Virus record (IMG/VR): IMGVR_UViG_3300034375_009028
DNA length: 64,000 nucleotides
Origin: a virus
Taxonomy: Duplodnaviria > Caudoviricetes
Direction: 5' to 3' (one strand)
The notes beneath the pieces were generated by a model. The model did no database searches. It saw only the letters and a program-made list of their open reading frames with translations, and was not told the origin of the DNA. Shown here in pieces: positions 62,291 through 64,000 of the stretch; position 1 is the first letter of the stretch; each line of letters starts with the position of its first letter. Position numbers and translations under genes: made by a program.

Positions 62291-63070
62291 TTAATCTCTT
62301 AAGTCGTAATTCCATCCAACAATAGATCTTTGATTATTATCTCCAGGATAATCTTCAATATCTCCCTCATATTCAACTATAAGTTTTTCAGTATCAATCC
62401 TTTCGGCATAAACATGGTAATAACAATTTATGTCTAAACCTTCTTTTTCACTCAAATAAATTATATTATTTTCTATTTTAGTAACAATTATATTTTGATG
62501 ATACTTTTTGGGAGTGATGTTAACTGTAATACTATCTTCGTCAACTAATTTTGTCCAATATTCTGGAAGATGTATTTGATTATTATTTATCAGAGATCCT
62601 CTATGATACACTGCAGCTTCTGGTCCTTCGACACAAGCATGTGTTAATCTCCACCCTTCTTTTGTTGGGTGAGCAATATCAAAATCTTTCTTAATTGATA
62701 GAATATGTGGTCTTCCCAATACTCTGGCAACAACTTCTCCCTGAGCAATCAAATTGGATCCAACTTCTACCTGCTGATTAACTGTAAGATTATTAAATAT
62801 ACATGCATCACCGTCTACAGCAAGAGAATATGGACTATGATTGAATCCAGCAATTGCTCCAGGAATAAATGGTGGTTGAATAACGTCACTATTTTTTAAT
62901 TTTGCAATAGCAACATTTGCCACCGTAAATGGTGGTGGTGCTCCAAAAACAGCAGGACCTTCTAAATAAGCTCCACCTCTAACTTGAGTTGGTCCCTTAC
63001 CCAAAGTAAGAGTTGGATCTCCAATACCAACATATAATGTTTTTTTAACTTCCAAATCAGGTACTTTCAT
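62291..63070 (-). CDS. Tail-tip-associated protein
   Basis: KDFDIAHPTKEGWRLTHACVEGPE..RG..LPEYW..LVD..SITV. Confidence 0.55.
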   Translation of the reverse strand: MKVPDLEVKKTLYVGIGDPTLTLGKGPTQVRGGAYLEGPAVFGAPPPFTVANVAIAKLKNSDVIQPPFIPGAIAGFNHSPYSLAVDGDACIFNNLTVNQQVEVGSNLIAQGEVVARVLGRPHILSIKKDFDIAHPTKEGWRLTHACVEGPEAAVYHRGSLINNNQIHLPEYWTKLVDEDSITVNITPKKYHQNIIVTKIENNIIYLSEKEGLDINCYYHVYAERIDTEKLIVEYEGDIEDYPGDNNQRSIVGWNYDLRD

Positions 63071-63657
63071 TAAAGTAGTCCTCCAGTTTTTTGCTGTCCC
63101 TCAAATAAAGATACACCTTTAGATGGTTTTAATGTTGTGCAAGAATCTGCACAATCGATTAATCCACCAAAAAAATTCAATGTTCCATTACCAACAATTT
63201 CACATACACCAGACGATATAAATTTAGCAACAGAATCACCATTAACTTCTATATTTTTTGATCTAATATTAATTTTTTCATTAGATTCAATATTAATATA
63301 TCCAGTTTTATTATTGGATCCAGTAGCAATTAAATCAATATCTCTTGCTTCTATTCTAACTCTTCCAAGAGGTGCCTGTAAGATAATATCACCATCTGAG
63401 GCTCTCAAAACAAATGATGTATTATTTACTGGACTTTCTCCACAATGTATTTGATATACTCCAGGACAACGATTTATAGTTCCACCATTCATTATACCAC
63501 TAGACATGAACATTGAATAATGCTCTGATGGTTTTCCTGGATCACCATTTCTTAGTAACATCCCCGCAAGGGTATTATTTGGATTTATGTGACCAAATTT
63601 TATATGACCAAAATCGTTACCCAGTTCTACTGGATTATGTACTCTAGGTTTTGCCAT
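63070..63657 (-). CDS. Baseplate hub/gp5-associated protein
   Basis: GNDFGHIKFGHI; beta-strand repeats (GDIILQAP.G.VRIEARDIDL) resembling gp5 C-terminal spikes. Confidence 0.45.
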   Translation of the reverse strand: MAKPRVHNPVELGNDFGHIKFGHINPNNTLAGMLLRNGDPGKPSEHYSMFMSSGIMNGGTINRCPGVYQIHCGESPVNNTSFVLRASDGDIILQAPLGRVRIEARDIDLIATGSNNKTGYINIESNEKINIRSKNIEVNGDSVAKFISSGVCEIVGNGTLNFFGGLIDCADSCTTLKPSKGVSLFEGQQKTGGLL

Positions 63658-64000
63658 TAATTAAACTTCCCCACACAATCTACAACCGTAATTAAACCTT
63701 CTTTTTCATCATCAGTCAATTCTCTTTGATCAGATCCCAATCCATCACTGTCACCATCACCAACACTACTTACACAGAATATTGGATATAGTTTAGCATT
63801 ATATCCTGTTTCTGACTGGATATAAATTATTGGAGTTTCAGTAAATCCACTACCAGAATTCACAATTTTTAATCTATCTACTACACCAAATGGTCCATAT
63901 TCAACTTCAATCTCAGCTCCAAAATTTGGTTCTATAACTACTTTATCTCCAGGAGAATAATTAATACCTCTATTTTTTATATAAACATCACAAAGATATA
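63657..64000 (-). CDS. C-terminal part of a baseplate hub/gp5-region structural protein (5' end outside the window)
   Basis: Frame open to the window end: ..LCDVYIKNRGINYSPGDKVVIEP..GVVDRLKIVNSGSGFTETP..VDCVGKFN. Confidence 0.6.
   Translation of the reverse strand, partial: YLCDVYIKNRGINYSPGDKVVIEPNFGAEIEVEYGPFGVVDRLKIVNSGSGFTETPIIYIQSETGYNAKLYPIFCVSSVGDGDSDGLGSDQRELTDDEKEGLITVVDCVGKFN

Overview
A 64 kb segment of a T4-like cyanophage (cyanomyovirus) genome; essentially all genes are on the minus strand. From left to right: (1) baseplate wedge genes (gp7-like, partial; gp6; gp25) with T4-type late promoters; (2) a GC-richer 10.4-16.3 kb island of tiny early genes, most with their own sigma70-type promoter, GC hairpin and a shared spaced-palindrome motif, including a HicA-like RNase, a winged-helix protein, an HhH glycosylase-like protein and a KTSC protein; (3) a non-coding locus at 16.33-16.81 kb with divergent promoters, iteron-like ATCTCGTCGAGAT repeats, 9-bp GATC repeats and three phased DnaA boxes, which looks like a candidate origin; (4) an accessory region with four fucosyltransferase-superfamily genes, a late tail-collar/2OG-oxygenase operon and a carbamoyltransferase, SGNH, radical SAM and 2OG-oxygenase cluster; (5) a nuclease-helicase-methyltransferase locus in which the N6-adenine MTase motifs appear split across two genes in permuted order; (6) two very large tail-fibre genes with S74 chaperone ends, three tRNAs (Leu-UAA twice, Ile-UAU) and further tail/baseplate-hub genes. 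Functional calls come from motifs recognised by eye; no database searches were run.
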